Shown: positions 1-10,895 of the stretch, one piece after another
How positions within the stretch are numbered: position 1 is the first letter of the stretch
Layout: each line of letters begins with the position of its first letter
Origin: Phyllobates terribilis
Lineage: Eukaryota
Direction: 5' to 3'
DNA length: 64,000 nucleotides
NCBI RefSeq assembly: GCF_046119375.1
Contig: NW_027362771.1
Location: 418,996,001 to 419,060,000 of the forward strand
Position numbers and translations under genes: made by a program
The notes under the pieces: generated by a model
Told to the model about the DNA's origin: nothing
The model's input: the letters and a program-made list of their open reading frames with translations, nothing else
The model's database searches: none

Positions 1-754
1 ACCCCTTAAGCCCCGCGGGTGGTTTGCACGTTAATGACCGGGCCAATTTTTACAATTCTGACCACTGTCACTTTATGAGGTAATTACTCTGGAACGCTTC
101 AACGGATCCCCCTGATTCTGAGATTGTTTTTTCGTGACATATTGTACTTCATGATTGTGGAAAAATTTCTTCGATATCACTTGCGTTTATTTGTGAAAAA
201 AACGGAAATTTGGCGAAAATTTTGAAAATTTTGCAATTTTCAAAATTTGAATTTTTAAGCCCTGAAATCAGAGAGATATGTCACACAAAAGAGTTAATAA
301 ATAACATTTCCCACATGTCTACTTTACATCAGCACAATTTTGGAACCAAAATTTTTTTTTGTTAGGGAGCTATAAGGGTTAAAAGTTGACCAGCGATTTC
401 TCATTTTTCCAACAAAATTTACAAAACCATTTTTTTAGGGACCACATCACATTTGAAGTCACTTTGAGAGGTCTTTATGACAGAAAATACCCAAAAGTGA
501 CACCATTCTAAAAACTGCACCCCTCAAGGTGCTCAAAACCACATTCAAGAACTTTATTAACCCTTCAGGTGCTTCATAGGAATTTTTTGAATGTGGAAGA
601 AAAAAATGAACATTTAACTTTTTTCACAAAAAATGTTACTTTAGACCCAATTTTTTTTATTTTCACAGGGGTAACAAGAAAAAATGGACCGCAAAATTTG
701 TTGTGCAATTTCCCCTGGGCACGCAGATACCCAATATTTGGGGAAAAAACACTG

Positions 755-2850
755 TTTGGGCGCACTGTAGGGCTCGGAAGGGAAGGAGCGCCATTTGACT
801 TTTTGATTGTAAAATTTGCTTGAATAATTAGCGGACACCATGTTGCGTTTAGAGAGCCCCAGCGTGCCCAAACATTGGAGCTCCCCCACAAGTGACCCCA
901 TTTTGGAAACTAGACCCCCCAAGGCACCTATCTAGTTGCATAGTGAGCAGTTGCAACCCCCAGGTGCTTCACAAATTGATTCGTAAAAATGAAAAAGTGA
1001 AAAAAAAAACACTTTTTCATTGTTACGAATCAATTTGTGAAGCACCTGGGGGTTCCAACTGCTCACTATTCATCTAGATAGGTGCCTTGGGGGGTCTAGT
1101 TTCCAAAATGGGGTCACTTGTGGGGGAGCTCCAATGTTTGGGCACACAGGGACTCTCTAAATGCAACATGGTATCCGCTAACAAATTGAATGGAAAATCG
1201 GCTCAAATTGTTAGCGGACACCACATTGCGTTTGGAGAGCCCCTCTGTGCCCAAACTTTGGAGCTCCCCCACAAGTGACCCCATTTTGGAAACTAGACCC
1301 CCCAAGGCACCTTTCTAGATGCATAGTGAGCACTTGGAACCCCCAGGTGCTTCACAAATTGATTCGTAATAATGAAAAAGTGAAAAAAAAAACACTTTTT
1401 CATTTTTACGAATCAATTTGTGAAGCACCTAGGGGTTCCAAGTGCTCACTATGCATCTAGATAGGTGCCTTGGGGGGTCTAGTTTCCAAAATGGGGTCAC
1501 TTGTGGGGGAGCTCCAATGTTTGGGCACACAGGGACTCTCTAAATGCAACATGGTATCCGCTAACAAATTGAATGGAAAATCGGCTCAAATTGTTAGCGG
1601 ACACCACATTGCGTTTGGAAAGCCCCTCTGTGCCCAAACTTTGGAGCTCCCCCACAAGTGACCCCATTTTGGAAACTAGACCCCCCAAGGCACCTTTCTA
1701 GATGCATAGTGAGCACTTGGAACCCCCAGGTGCTTCACAAATTGATTCGTAATAATGAAAAAGTGAAAAAAAAAACACTTTTTCATTTTTACGAATCAAT
1801 TTGTGAAGCACCTAGGGGTTCCAAGTGCTCACTATGCATCTAGATAGGTGCCTTGGGGGGTCTAGTTTCCAAAATGGGGTCACTTGTGGGGGAGCTCTAA
1901 TGTTTGGGCACACAGGGACTCTCTAAATGCAACATGGTATCCGCTAACAAATTGAATGGAAAATCGGCTCAAATTGTTAGCGGACACCACATTGCGTTTG
2001 GAGAGCCCCTCTGTGCCCAAACTTTGGAGCTCCCCCACAAGTGACCCCATTTTGGAAACTAGACCCCCCAAGGCACCTTTCTAGATGCATAGTGAGCACT
2101 TGGAACCCCCAGGTGCTTCACAAATTGATTCGTAATAATGAAAAAGTGAAAAAAAAAACACTTTTTAATTTTTACGAATCAATTTGTGAAGCACCTAGGG
2201 GTTCCAAGTGCTCACTATGCATCTAGAAAGGTGCCTTGGGGGGTCTAGTTTCCAAAATGGGGTCACTTATGGGGGAGCTCCAAAGTTTGGGCACAGAGGG
2301 GCTCTCCAAACGCAATGTGGTGTCCGCTAACAATTTGAGCCGATTTTCCATTCAATTTGTTAGCGGATACCATGTTGCATTTAGAGAGTTCCTGCGTGCC
2401 CAAACATTGGAGCTCCCCCACAAGTGACCCCATTTTGGAAACTAGACCCCCCAAGGCACCTATCTAGATTCATAGTGAGCACTTGGAACCCCAGGTGCTT
2501 CACAAATTGATTCATAAAAATGAAAAAGTGTTTTTTTTTTCACTTTTTCATTTTTACGAATCAATTTGTGAAGCACCTGGGGATTCCAAGTGCTCACTAT
2601 GCATCTAGATAGGTGCCTTGGGGGGTCTAGTTTCCAAAATGGGGTCACTTGTGGGGGAGCTCCAATGTTTGGGCACACAGGGGCTCTCCAAACGCAACAT
2701 GGCGTCCGCTAACAATTTGAGCCGATTTTCCATTCAATTTGTTAGCGGACACCATGTCGCGTTTGGAGAGCCCGTGATGTGCCTAAACAGTGGAGCTCCC
2801 CCACAAGTGTCCCCATTTTGGAAACTATACCCCTCAAGGATTTTATTAAG
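755..2850. repeat. Palindromic satellite, ~383-bp period, about 5 units of two alternating hairpin modules
   Basis: Same ORF-track peptides recur every 383 bp (1114, 1497, 1880, 2263). Arms such as GGGGGTCTAGTTTCCAAAATGGGGTCACTTGTGGGGGAGCTCCAA are mirrored by TTGGAGCTCCCCCACAAGTGACCCCATTTTGGAAACTAGACCCCC. Confidence 0.9.
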
Positions 2851-3274
2851 GTGTATAATGAACATTTTGAACCCAGAGGTACGGCACAGAATTTGTTTAC
2901 ATTAGGTCATCATATTGAATAAGTTGTCATTATTCTTGAGCGCAAGTGCTCGCTACTTGAGTTTGCATCGGGTACTCAGGTATGCACCATGTACAGCGTG
3001 TGCTCGAGTGACATGCTCGAGTCCCTGCTCCGCATGTTTCACGGTTATTAGACACCCAAAAAAAAACATGCGGGGATCGCTCGTGCATGGCAGGCAATCC
3101 CCGTAAAGTTTTTTGGCCGCGAAGCATATGGGGCAGTGTCTCGAGCATGTCACTCAAATACCCACGATACTCAATGCATACCAGAGCACCCGATGCAAAC
3201 TCAAGTAGCGAGCACTTGCTCTCAACACTAGTCGCCATATCGTCATCTTTTTTTCATACTTTTGAAAAAAATCC

Positions 3275-3378
3275 CAACCCCAGCCCTAACCCTAGCACAA
3301 CCCTAGCCCCAGCACAACCCTAGCCCCAGCACAACCCTAGCCCCAAACCCAGCCCTAACCCTAGCCCAATCCTAACTC
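3275..3378. repeat. Short CCCTAGC/CCCTAAC-rich tandem repeat inside the DNA element
   Basis: Repeated ccctagccccagcacaa and ccctaaccct motifs. Confidence 0.8.
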
Positions 3379-4471
3379 AAGAGTTTATTTTTGACGCCGT
3401 TCCTTGTGCGGTATAAGTGATTAGACGATTTTATTCTTCGGGTCGGTGTGATTACAGCAATGCCAGAATCATATGAGGTTTTTATGACTGACAGCTGTCA
3501 CACACTAAAAGACGCATTTTTTGTAAAATCTAGTTTTTGCATCGCCATATTTTGCGAGCTATAATTTTTCCAGATTTTGGCAGACAGTCATGTGACGGCT
3601 CGTTTTTTGCGGGATGACTTGACGTTGTCAAGGCAGAATAAACAAAAACCAACAATTCAGGAATTGTTTTTTTTTTTTTTTTTTATTCTGTTCCGCGTGT
3701 GGTAAAATTGATGAGGTAGCTTTATTCTTCGGGTCAGTACGTTTACAGCGGTACCACATTTGTATCATTTTTCTATGTTTTGGCGCTTATACACAATAAA
3801 AGCTATTTTATAGAAAAAAATATTTTTTAGTATCGCTTTATTCTGAGAGCTATAACTTTTTATTTTTCGGCTGATGGAGCTGTATGGCGGCTTGTTTTTT
3901 GCGGGACGAGATGACGTTTTCAGCGGTATCATTTTATTTATATGCGTCTTTTTGATCGCGTGTTATTCCACTTTTTGTTTGGCGGTATGGTGATAAAGCA
4001 TTGTTTTTTGCTTCGTTTTTTTTTTTTTTTTTTTTTACCGTGTTCACTGAAGGGGTTAACTAGTGGGACAGTTTTATAGGTCAGGTTTTTCCGGACGCGG
4101 CGATACCAAATATGTGTACTTTTATTGTTTTTTTTTTATTTTTTTTATAATAATATTTATTGATGGGTACATTATATTTTTATTTTTGGTGTATTATTTT
4201 TTTTATTTTTTTATAATATTTTTGCACATTTTTTTTTTCCACTTTCACACAGTTTATACACTTTATTACTTTGTCCCACTCTGGGACTTTCACTTTTTTT
4301 TTTTCTGATCGCCTGCATGGCACAGGAATGGAGCACCATCCCTATGCCATGAAGGCTGTCAGAAATGCACAGTGTGAAGATTGCTTGGAGATGCACTGCG
4401 CATGTCCAAGCAATCTTCCTGCTCTCTGGTGACCCGAATGTTGTCATGACGACATCGGGTCGTCATGGCAA

Positions 4472-5438
4472 TGACGCGCCCCTGGGCCTGTGTCGCGCTG
4501 CGTTGCGCACGCGGGAGCTTACCCGGAGCCGGATCTCTTGAGGGTTGTAGTCTCGTGGCGGTGACCCGGTCCGTGCCCAGGGAGTCAAACTGAGCGGCGA
4601 TGTAACAGCGGTAGATGTAGGACGACTACGCCACCCGTTGAATGCAGCTATGGAGCTGCCGCTGCAGGACAGTCCGCTGAGGCCGGTGGATGGATGGTGC
4701 AGCGTAGATGGTATAACCCCCAACGGGAGGGGTATGGCCTCAGGGCAGCAGATGTGGATGATGGGGGTAGCAGGAACCACTCAGAGACGGTGCGGTGTAA
4801 TTCAGAGTCTTTACTGGTAACAACGATAGACCCTCCCAGAGTACTTGCTAGTGAACGGGGCCTGGTCAGTCCTTGAGCAGATGGGATCTCCCCTGGCCAG
4901 GCGGAGTTGTAGGCCTCCCAAACTGACTGTACTCTTCTGGCTACCTTGCTAGAAGCGGATATAAGTAGCCCACGTCCCTGAGTGTACCGTGTGGTGCTCA
5001 CCCGTATGGCCGGTGACTCGGGGCCTTCTAATGGCTTCCGCTCCACGATGGCGGTGCTGGTCCCACGCGTGTGACCGTGCCTTCGGGTTTCTGGGCCTGA
5101 GGACCTGAAATCCCCTGCCGGTCGGCTTCTGCTGCTGGGTAAGAGTTAGTCCCCACAGCCTCGGACGCCAGGTCCGGTAAGAAAGCTTCTCAGTCAGGGC
5201 GAGCTCTGCAGCTGCCAGCCCCTGACTCGTAGTAGTATTGCTTCTGCTGTTTCTTGTCTCTACTCTCCTTGACTGACTAACCCTGCCTCAGCCCAGGGTT
5301 TATACAGGGGAAGTTCTTCCCCTCCCAAGACTGGGCAGGAGGTGTGGCATGCACAGGATCCCTGACCAAAGGACCTCCCACCTGCTCTCAGACATAACAT
5401 TACATTACTGTGGAAAACCAGACCCCTGGGGTGCCACA
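4472..5438 (-). repeat. 3' LTR of Gypsy element
   Basis: Direct repeat of 11337-12303. Element sense starts TGTGGCACCCCAGGGG and ends GGCCCAGGGGCGCGTCA. Confidence 0.97.
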
Positions 5439-5447
5439 TTCCCCCCT
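5439..5447 (-). promoter_or_regulatory. Polypurine tract AGGGGGGAA
   Basis: Directly abuts the TG of the 3' LTR on the minus strand. Confidence 0.9.
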
Positions 5448-5802
5448 AGTGAAATTTAGTACTCCGGGACTAAACATATTTTAGAAAAAACATAACAAGA
5501 TATAACAACAATAATAGTACAATAAGAAGAAACACATAAAGGTGGTCACGGCATGTCCGTAACCGGGTGTAGTCTTTGAAGAAAGCAAGGTGTCCATTTC
5601 ACCAAAACATGGAGACGTAACCAGGTAGGGGTCTGTCCTACCCCGAGTCCTTAACAGTCTCTAGTCCATCCTGGGTTACGCTCCAACTATGTACAAGGGA
5701 TTCCCGGTAAATCCACCAAAGACTCCTACAAATAACTAGAAACACAAAATTATACACAAGCAACAATACACAGGTAAACATAAATAAAACAATTTATACA
5801 CT

Positions 5803-8800
5803 TCAAATCCTCCAACGTGCGGGTAACTGGCCTCTAGTGGCCCTAGTGGACCTACGGAGCTGACTGTCTGGCCCTGAACTACAGGGTGTAGGAGCTGTCA
5901 AGGGTAAACTGGGCAGCTGTCTACCGGCTCTTTGTCTCACTAGGGGTACGGCAGGCTCACTATAAGCAGAGGGTTGATCCTCCTGTTCTGCTTGTGTGGA
6001 GTGTTCTGCCTCCTGGACCGGCTGTTCTTCCAGCTCTACCTGTTGCTCCGTAGGTGCTTGGGATGCTGGTTGGAGGAAGGTGAGTACGGGTACCACAACT
6101 GCACCATTGACTTGAGTCCAAGACCGAGGGAAGTCCCCGAGCACAGTACTAACCATATCTTCCCTTTCCTCTACGGGTCGATGGTCTTCTTGTTCCTCTT
6201 CAGGGTTCCTCAGTTGTTCGGGACACTTCTTCAGGTGGTCCCGGGATACAATGGCTGTGGTTTCCCCTCCGTCTTTACTGATGGTACAAACCTTCGGGTT
6301 CTCGTGGCTTGAGGGCAGTACGGTGTACGGGTCCTTCTCCCACTGGTCATCCAACTTGTGGAGCCGTCTCTTCCTCTTCAAGACCTGCTCTCCGGGTACC
6401 AGGGGAACAGCGGGAGCATACTGGTTGTAAGTTTTCTCTTGTCTTTCCCTAGCCTGACAGAGACTTCGCTCCACGCTCTCCTGTACTCTCCGGTACTGCT
6501 GCTGCCTCTCTGTGTCCCAGTCTGTTTCTGGTGAAGTGTCCTCGGGTGTCAGGACTCCCATTTCCAGGTCAACAGGTAACTTACCAGGTCTTGCCCTCAT
6601 TAGGTAAGCCGGGGTACAGTTGGTGGAACCTACCGGGATGTGGTTGTATAGGTCCACCAGATCGGGCAACTTCTCAGGCCACAGACTGCGTTCTTCCAGG
6701 GGCAACGTTTTTAGAAGATCCATTACCACCTGGTTCATTTTCTCACAAAGTCCATTAGTTTGCGGATGGTAGGGTGTCGTCCTTATCTTCCGGCAGCCAT
6801 ACAGATTGCAGAATTCCTGGAAGACCTCCGCTTCAAAGGCAGGTCCCTGGTCCGTCAGCACTTGGTCCGGGTACCCGTGTGGACGGCAAAAGTGCTGCTG
6901 GAAGGCTCTAGCTGCTGTTTGAGCCGTTAAGTCCTTGACGGGGACGACAACCAGAAACCGGGAGTAATGATCCACGATGGTTAACGCGTAGACGTAGCCA
7001 CTTCTGCTTGGGGTCAGTTTTACATGATCCAAGGCTACCAGTTCCAACGGTTGCCGGGTGACGATGGACTGCAGGGGAGTCTTCTGGCTGGCACGGTCCT
7101 TCCTTCTCAGGTTGCACGGGCCACAGTCTCTGCACCACTTCTCGATGGTTCCCCTCATGCCTACCCAGTGGAACCGCTCGCGCAGCAGGAACTCCAGCTT
7201 CTTCCACCCGAAGTGTCCAGCTCCGTCGTGGTATGCCTCCATCACCATGGCTGCGTCTCTTCGTGGCACCACTACTTGCCAGAGTAGTTCATGCGTCCGG
7301 GAGTTAACCATTCTGCGGCACAACTTCCCTTTGTAAAGGAACAGTCGACTCTTCTCTGCCCATAGTTGTTTGGCTTCCTCTGGAGCGTCTGGTTCAAGGC
7401 GAGCCGCCAGCCGAGTCAGCATCTCCTTCACCAGTCGGACGGCAGGGTCGCTGTCTTGCGTTTCCGCCCAGTTGTAGTGGGGTAAGGGGTTCAACGTAGC
7501 AGCCTGCTTACTCCTTACCCGGTGGGAATACTGGATAGTCCCATGACGGTGGAATGCAGGGAGTTCAACTTCTTCCAGTCCCTCCGGATCTTCTCCTCCG
7601 TCCGGCAGGTTGGGCATCCTGGACAGGGCGTCCGCGTTGGTATTGGAGCGTCCTGCCCGGTATTTGATTGTGAACTCGTAGTTGGACAGACGGGCCATCC
7701 ACCTCTGCTCCAGGGCACCGAGTCTTGCCGTATCCAGGTGTGTCAACGGGTTGTTATCCGTGTACACGGTGAACCGGGAAGAAGCGAGGTAATGCTTAAA
7801 GTGCTCAGTGACTGCCCATACTACGGCCAGGAACTCTAACTTAAATGAGCTGTAATTCTCGGGGTTCCTTTCGGTGGGTCGCAGTTTTCGGCTGGCGTAG
7901 GCAATTACTCGTTCCTTCCCCTGCTGGATCTGGGACAGTACGGCTCCTAGCCCGATGTTACTGGCGTCGGTGTAGAGGATAAAGGGCTGGCTATAATCCG
8001 GGTACGCCAGGATTTCGTCCCCCGTGAGGGCCATCTTCAGCTGGCGGAAGGACTCTTCTTCCAGCTCCTCCCATTTGAAGGGCGGCTTCTGGTTCTTGGC
8101 CTTCCGGGACTGGCCTATCAGGAGGTCCTGCATAGGTGCTGCCTTTTTGGTGAAACCGGGAATAAACCTTCGGTAGTAGCCTACCAACCCGAGGAACTGC
8201 CGCACTTCTTTTACGCTGGAGGGGCTTGGCCATTCCTTAATTGCGGTGATCTTATCAGGGTCGGGAGCCACTCCGTCAGCGCTCACCACGTGTCCCAGGT
8301 ACTGCACCTTTGGTTTCAGGAGGTGACACTTGGAGGGTTTCACCTTTAGGCCATAACTTGCCAGAGCTTCGAACACTTCCGCCAGGTGTTTCAGGTGGTC
8401 CTCATACGTCTTGGAATATACGATGACATCGTCCAGGTACAACAGGACCGTCTCGAAGTTTCTGTGGCCCAGACAACACTCCATTAGTCGTTGGAAGGTT
8501 CCCGGTGCGTTGCAGAGTCCGAACGGCATGCAGGTGAACTCGCTAAGTCCCATCGGGGTGGTGAATGCGGTCTTCTCCCGGTCCGCCTCTGCTACAGGAA
8601 CCTGCCAGTACCCGCTAGTGAGATCCAAGGTAGAGAAGAAGTTAGCAGATCTTAAAGCAGCCAATGACTCCTCTATCCTTGGTAAGGGGTACGCATCCTT
8701 GTGTGTGATACGATTGATTTTCCGGTAATCTACACACATCCTCATGGTGTTGTCTTTCTTTCGGACTAAGACTAGTGGAGCTGCCCAGGGGCTACAGCTA

Positions 8801-9939
8801 TCCCTGATCACCCCAGCCTTCTTCATGTCTCTAAGCATCCCCTTGGCGTGTTGGTAGTGTGCAGGGGGTACGGGTCGATACCTCTCTTTTATAGGAGGAT
8901 GGTCTCCCGTGGGGATGTGGTGTTCTACCCCCTTGACTCGCCCGAAGTCTAACGGGTGTTTACTGAACACTCTCTCGTACTCCTGAACCACCCGATAGAC
9001 TCCTTGTTTCTGGTGTGCGGGAGTGGAGTCAGTACCCAGATGTAGTTGCTGACACCAGTCCTCCATGTTTTTCTTAGAGCCGTTACCTTCCTCCGGGTGA
9101 GATGGAGGCAAGGGTTCCACAGATTGTATAGAATTTTGGTTAATGGTATATAATTTGGCTAGCGTGGCATACCGGGGCAGGTACACTTCCCTCTCCCCGA
9201 TATTTATTATGCGAACGGGCACCCTCCCATGGCGTACATCAACCACCCCCCGTGCTGTCAAAATGGTGGGCCTACTGTCCGAGTAAACTGGTTCTACCAT
9301 TGCCTGGTAATCTCTACCTCTCAGACCAATAGCTGCCCGGCACCAAATCATCATTTCACTTTTTGGGGGCATGGCAATAGGAAAAGGGTCACACATTCTT
9401 ACGCTACCAATCTCACCGCCGGAGAGTTCCACCTGTTGCCGTCGCATCAGTGCCCGGATCTCTTTCTGGAGCACCCGCTGCTCGCCGGAGCTGGCGTTCT
9501 TGGCAACCTGCTGTAAAAAGAAAATCACCTCTGCAAGACAATTTTCAATTACATTAGTTCCTAGAGTTATTTTTGGGTGACTCTCATGTTTGTCAATATC
9601 TACAATGATCAGTCCCTGTGCTGCCAGTTCGACTCTACCGATTTTGATAGTCACCTCTTTAAATCCGATCTGTGGCACGGGCTGGCCATTGCTGGCGATG
9701 ATACTCAAGTCGTCGTCAGGGTAGCGGGTAATATCCGAGTCATTCCAGTACTGCTTAAAGAGCACGTACGGGATGGTGGTGACCTGTGACCCGGTGTCCA
9801 GTAGGGCACTCATGGGAATGCCATCCAGTACCACAGGCAAGACTGGACGTCCTCCCACATATCTGTCGCGCCAGTTCGATGGGCCTGGTGATCTTTTTCC
9901 TGGGGGTTGGCCCTCTACCCCAGGTTGTGCCCGTTTAAA
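5803..9939 (-). CDS. pol: Gypsy Pol (protease, RT, RNase H, integrase), expressed by -1 frameshift from gag
   Basis: Track ORF 5803-9858 begins at a GTG; the frame is open upstream to the slippery site at 9939. Motifs: LDTGS (PR), YLDDV (RT), YTDAS (RH), HDGAGH...CRDCGPC and LDHV / TDQG / GLCEK (IN). Confidence 0.95.
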   Translation of the reverse strand, partial: FKRAQPGVEGQPPGKRSPGPSNWRDRYVGGRPVLPVVLDGIPMSALLDTGSQVTTIPYVLFKQYWNDSDITRYPDDDLSIIASNGQPVPQIGFKEVTIKIGRVELAAQGLIIVDIDKHESHPKITLGTNVIENCLAEVIFFLQQVAKNASSGEQRVLQKEIRALMRRQQVELSGGEIGSVRMCDPFPIAMPPKSEMMIWCRAAIGLRGRDYQAMVEPVYSDSRPTILTARGVVDVRHGRVPVRIINIGEREVYLPRYATLAKLYTINQNSIQSVEPLPPSHPEEGNGSKKNMEDWCQQLHLGTDSTPAHQKQGVYRVVQEYERVFSKHPLDFGRVKGVEHHIPTGDHPPIKERYRPVPPAHYQHAKGMLRDMKKAGVIRDSCSPWAAPLVLVRKKDNTMRMCVDYRKINRITHKDAYPLPRIEESLAALRSANFFSTLDLTSGYWQVPVAEADREKTAFTTPMGLSEFTCMPFGLCNAPGTFQRLMECCLGHRNFETVLLYLDDVIVYSKTYEDHLKHLAEVFEALASYGLKVKPSKCHLLKPKVQYLGHVVSADGVAPDPDKITAIKEWPSPSSVKEVRQFLGLVGYYRRFIPGFTKKAAPMQDLLIGQSRKAKNQKPPFKWEELEEESFRQLKMALTGDEILAYPDYSQPFILYTDASNIGLGAVLSQIQQGKERVIAYASRKLRPTERNPENYSSFKLEFLAVVWAVTEHFKHYLASSRFTVYTDNNPLTHLDTARLGALEQRWMARLSNYEFTIKYRAGRSNTNADALSRMPNLPDGGEDPEGLEEVELPAFHRHGTIQYSHRVRSKQAATLNPLPHYNWAETQDSDPAVRLVKEMLTRLAARLEPDAPEEAKQLWAEKSRLFLYKGKLCRRMVNSRTHELLWQVVVPRRDAAMVMEAYHDGAGHFGWKKLEFLLRERFHWVGMRGTIEKWCRDCGPCNLRRKDRASQKTPLQSIVTRQPLELVALDHVKLTPSRSGYVYALTIVDHYSRFLVVVPVKDLTAQTAARAFQQHFCRPHGYPDQVLTDQGPAFEAEVFQEFCNLYGCRKIRTTPYHPQTNGLCEKMNQVVMDLLKTLPLEERSLWPEKLPDLVDLYNHIPVGSTNCTPAYLMRARPGKLPVDLEMGVLTPEDTSPETDWDTERQQQYRRVQESVERSLCQARERQEKTYNQYAPAVPLVPGEQVLKRKRRLHKLDDQWEKDPYTVLPSSHENPKVCTISKDGGETTAIVSRDHLKKCPEQLRNPEEEQEDHRPVEEREDMVSTVLGDFPRSWTQVNGAVVVPVLTFLQPASQAPTEQQVELEEQPVQEAEHSTQAEQEDQPSAYSEPAVPLVRQRAGRQLPSLPLTAPTPCSSGPDSQLRRSTRATRGQLPARWRI
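9881..9939 (-). promoter_or_regulatory. -1 ribosomal frameshift signal: U UUA AAC plus predicted H-type pseudoknot
   Basis: TCT TTA AAC in gag frame; 8-nt spacer; CCTGGGG/CCCCAGG stem; loop GGGCC can pair with downstream GGCCC; pol is in the -1 frame. Confidence 0.8.
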
Positions 9940-10895
9940 GAACAGTACCTTGCCATATGTCCAGGTTGATTGCAGCGGCGGCAGATGGGTCGCCCGTCCT
10001 CGCTGTATCGGTCACTGGGTCTTCCTCTGGCCGGTGGGGTCCTCCTTGGTCGACGCCACGGGATGTCCTCCGGTCCGGATGCCAGCTGGATCTTCCCTGG
10101 GGTGGAAGCCTGTAAAGACTGCACAGTTCGGGTTAGCGCAGCAACGCTCTTAGCTAGCTCTTGGACCTGATGGTGTAGGTCTGGAGCCGGGTCATTGTCC
10201 AAAGCCTGCGCATCAGCTCCCACAGGCCCTGCCGACAAGGGCGCCGCCTCCTGGTGGTAAGTGATAGCAGGGCGCTTGTGGGTCACAACGCCACCCGGTG
10301 CCGGTTCTCGGAGCACCCGGATGGCTCTGTCCTTGAACTGTGCAAAGCCCAGATGGGGATCCTGTAAGGCCATTGCCCGCAACTGGGTTCGGTGGGTATT
10401 ACAATACAGTCCCTCTATAAACTGTTCGGTCAACAGCCTGTCCTCGTTTCCCACTCCATCAGGGTCGGTCTGCTTAATGGCCCTCAGGGCCTCTTGTAGG
10501 TTTAGTGCATAGTCCCTTACACTCTCATGCGCTCGCTGCTTGCACCCGTAGAATCTAAGCTTAATCTCGGCTGAGGTGCGGGTATCAAAGGTGTCCTTCA
10601 GCCGGGTTAGTATCCCTGCGACAGTCTTCCTCCCAGGTGGCCAGGATTTTACTTCCCTTTTGGCTGCCCCGGTTAGTTGGGCCACTAGGATGCTCACTTT
10701 TTGCTCTTCTGTGAGGGGGTACACCTGGAAGAGGCTATCCAGCTTTTCTCTAAAGTCATGCAGGGTATGTGACTCCCCTGAGTACTGGGGTAGCCAAGCT
10801 GCTCCCGGGATATAGGGCATGGTGAAGGGCATAACTGCAGCAGCGGTAGCGCTGGCGGGGGTTGAGGCAGTGAAGCTCTCCTCCGTATCCGACAT
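9915..10895 (-). CDS. gag: Gypsy Gag with CCHC zinc knuckle
   Basis: 326-aa ORF with capsid-like helical core and CRRCNQPGHMARYC; lies between PBS and pol. Confidence 0.92.
   Translation of the reverse strand: MSDTEESFTASTPASATAAAVMPFTMPYIPGAAWLPQYSGESHTLHDFREKLDSLFQVYPLTEEQKVSILVAQLTGAAKREVKSWPPGRKTVAGILTRLKDTFDTRTSAEIKLRFYGCKQRAHESVRDYALNLQEALRAIKQTDPDGVGNEDRLLTEQFIEGLYCNTHRTQLRAMALQDPHLGFAQFKDRAIRVLREPAPGGVVTHKRPAITYHQEAAPLSAGPVGADAQALDNDPAPDLHHQVQELAKSVAALTRTVQSLQASTPGKIQLASGPEDIPWRRPRRTPPARGRPSDRYSEDGRPICRRCNQPGHMARYCSLNGHNLG

Noticed and set aside
569-2905. Recurrent 61-105-aa ORFs (MGGLVSKMGS..., MTPFWKLDPP...)
   Set aside because: Products of the palindromic satellite, present on both strands, many with non-ATG starts, no protein motif.
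3275-3378. Telomere-like CCCTAA repeats
   Set aside because: Short, mostly CCCTAGC variants, internal to a transposon; not a telomeric array.
5448-5802. Possible env or third ORF in the autonomous Gypsy
   Set aside because: Only about 355 bp of AT-rich sequence between the pol stop and the PPT.
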